Shown piece after piece: positions 63,999 through 64,000 of a DNA stretch of 64,000 bases. A program made the translations under genes and the position numbers. The notes below the pieces were generated by a model. The model searched no databases, was not told where the DNA came from, and worked only from the letters and a program-made list of their open reading frames with translations. Numbering within the stretch: the first letter of the stretch is position 1; every line of letters begins with the position of its first letter. Source of the DNA: Epithemia pelagica (lineage: Eukaryota > Protista > Bacillariophyta); NCBI GenBank assembly GCA_946965045.2, contig OX337241.1:1302001-1366000 (forward strand). Direction: 5' to 3'.

Positions 63999-64000
63999 AA

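Larger units (their letters stand above)
58680..64000 (-). mobile_element. Tyrosine-recombinase retrotransposon (DIRS/Ngaro-like), truncated by the window edge
   Basis: RT-RNase H ORF overlapped at its 3' end by a YR frame. The 3' boundary is approximate; terminal repeats cannot be verified inside the window. Confidence 0.8.

Overview
Eukaryotic, intron-containing window that most likely comes from a diatom. This is inferred from the gene content, the short GT-AG introns and a CoDi-like Copia element. About 17 host genes are interleaved with four large mobile elements that together cover roughly 40% of the window. Host genes: DUF1350 protein, EGF/TM protein, YtqB/MnmM-like methyltransferase, bZIP factor, GT64 glycosyltransferase, large acidic protein, peroxisomal 2,4-dienoyl-CoA reductase, myosin, two secreted Cys-rich/PST-rich proteins, SGNH-like hydrolase, isopentenyl-phosphate kinase, prolyl oligopeptidase, PIG-Q, LRR membrane protein and a YAK1/DYRK kinase. 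Mobile elements: (1) a 7.0 kb Ty1/Copia LTR retrotransposon (7733-14763) with identical 174-bp LTRs, inserted at the apparent start codon of the GT64 gene; (2) a complete 7.5 kb DNA transposon (31783-39308) with TIRs, a perfect 9-bp TSD, a large DDE transposase and a convergent RecQ-like helicase, matching the AcademH architecture, which I know only from animals and fungi; (3) a hAT transposase locus (about 46.2-53.6 kb) with a tightly linked Nth/endonuclease III-like HhH-GPD glycosylase and a third unknown ORF, left boundary unresolved; (4) a tyrosine-recombinase (DIRS/Ngaro-type) retroelement running off the right edge. Both retroelements carry nonsense or missense changes at CpG sites. All family calls come from motif recognition by eye; no database searches were run.
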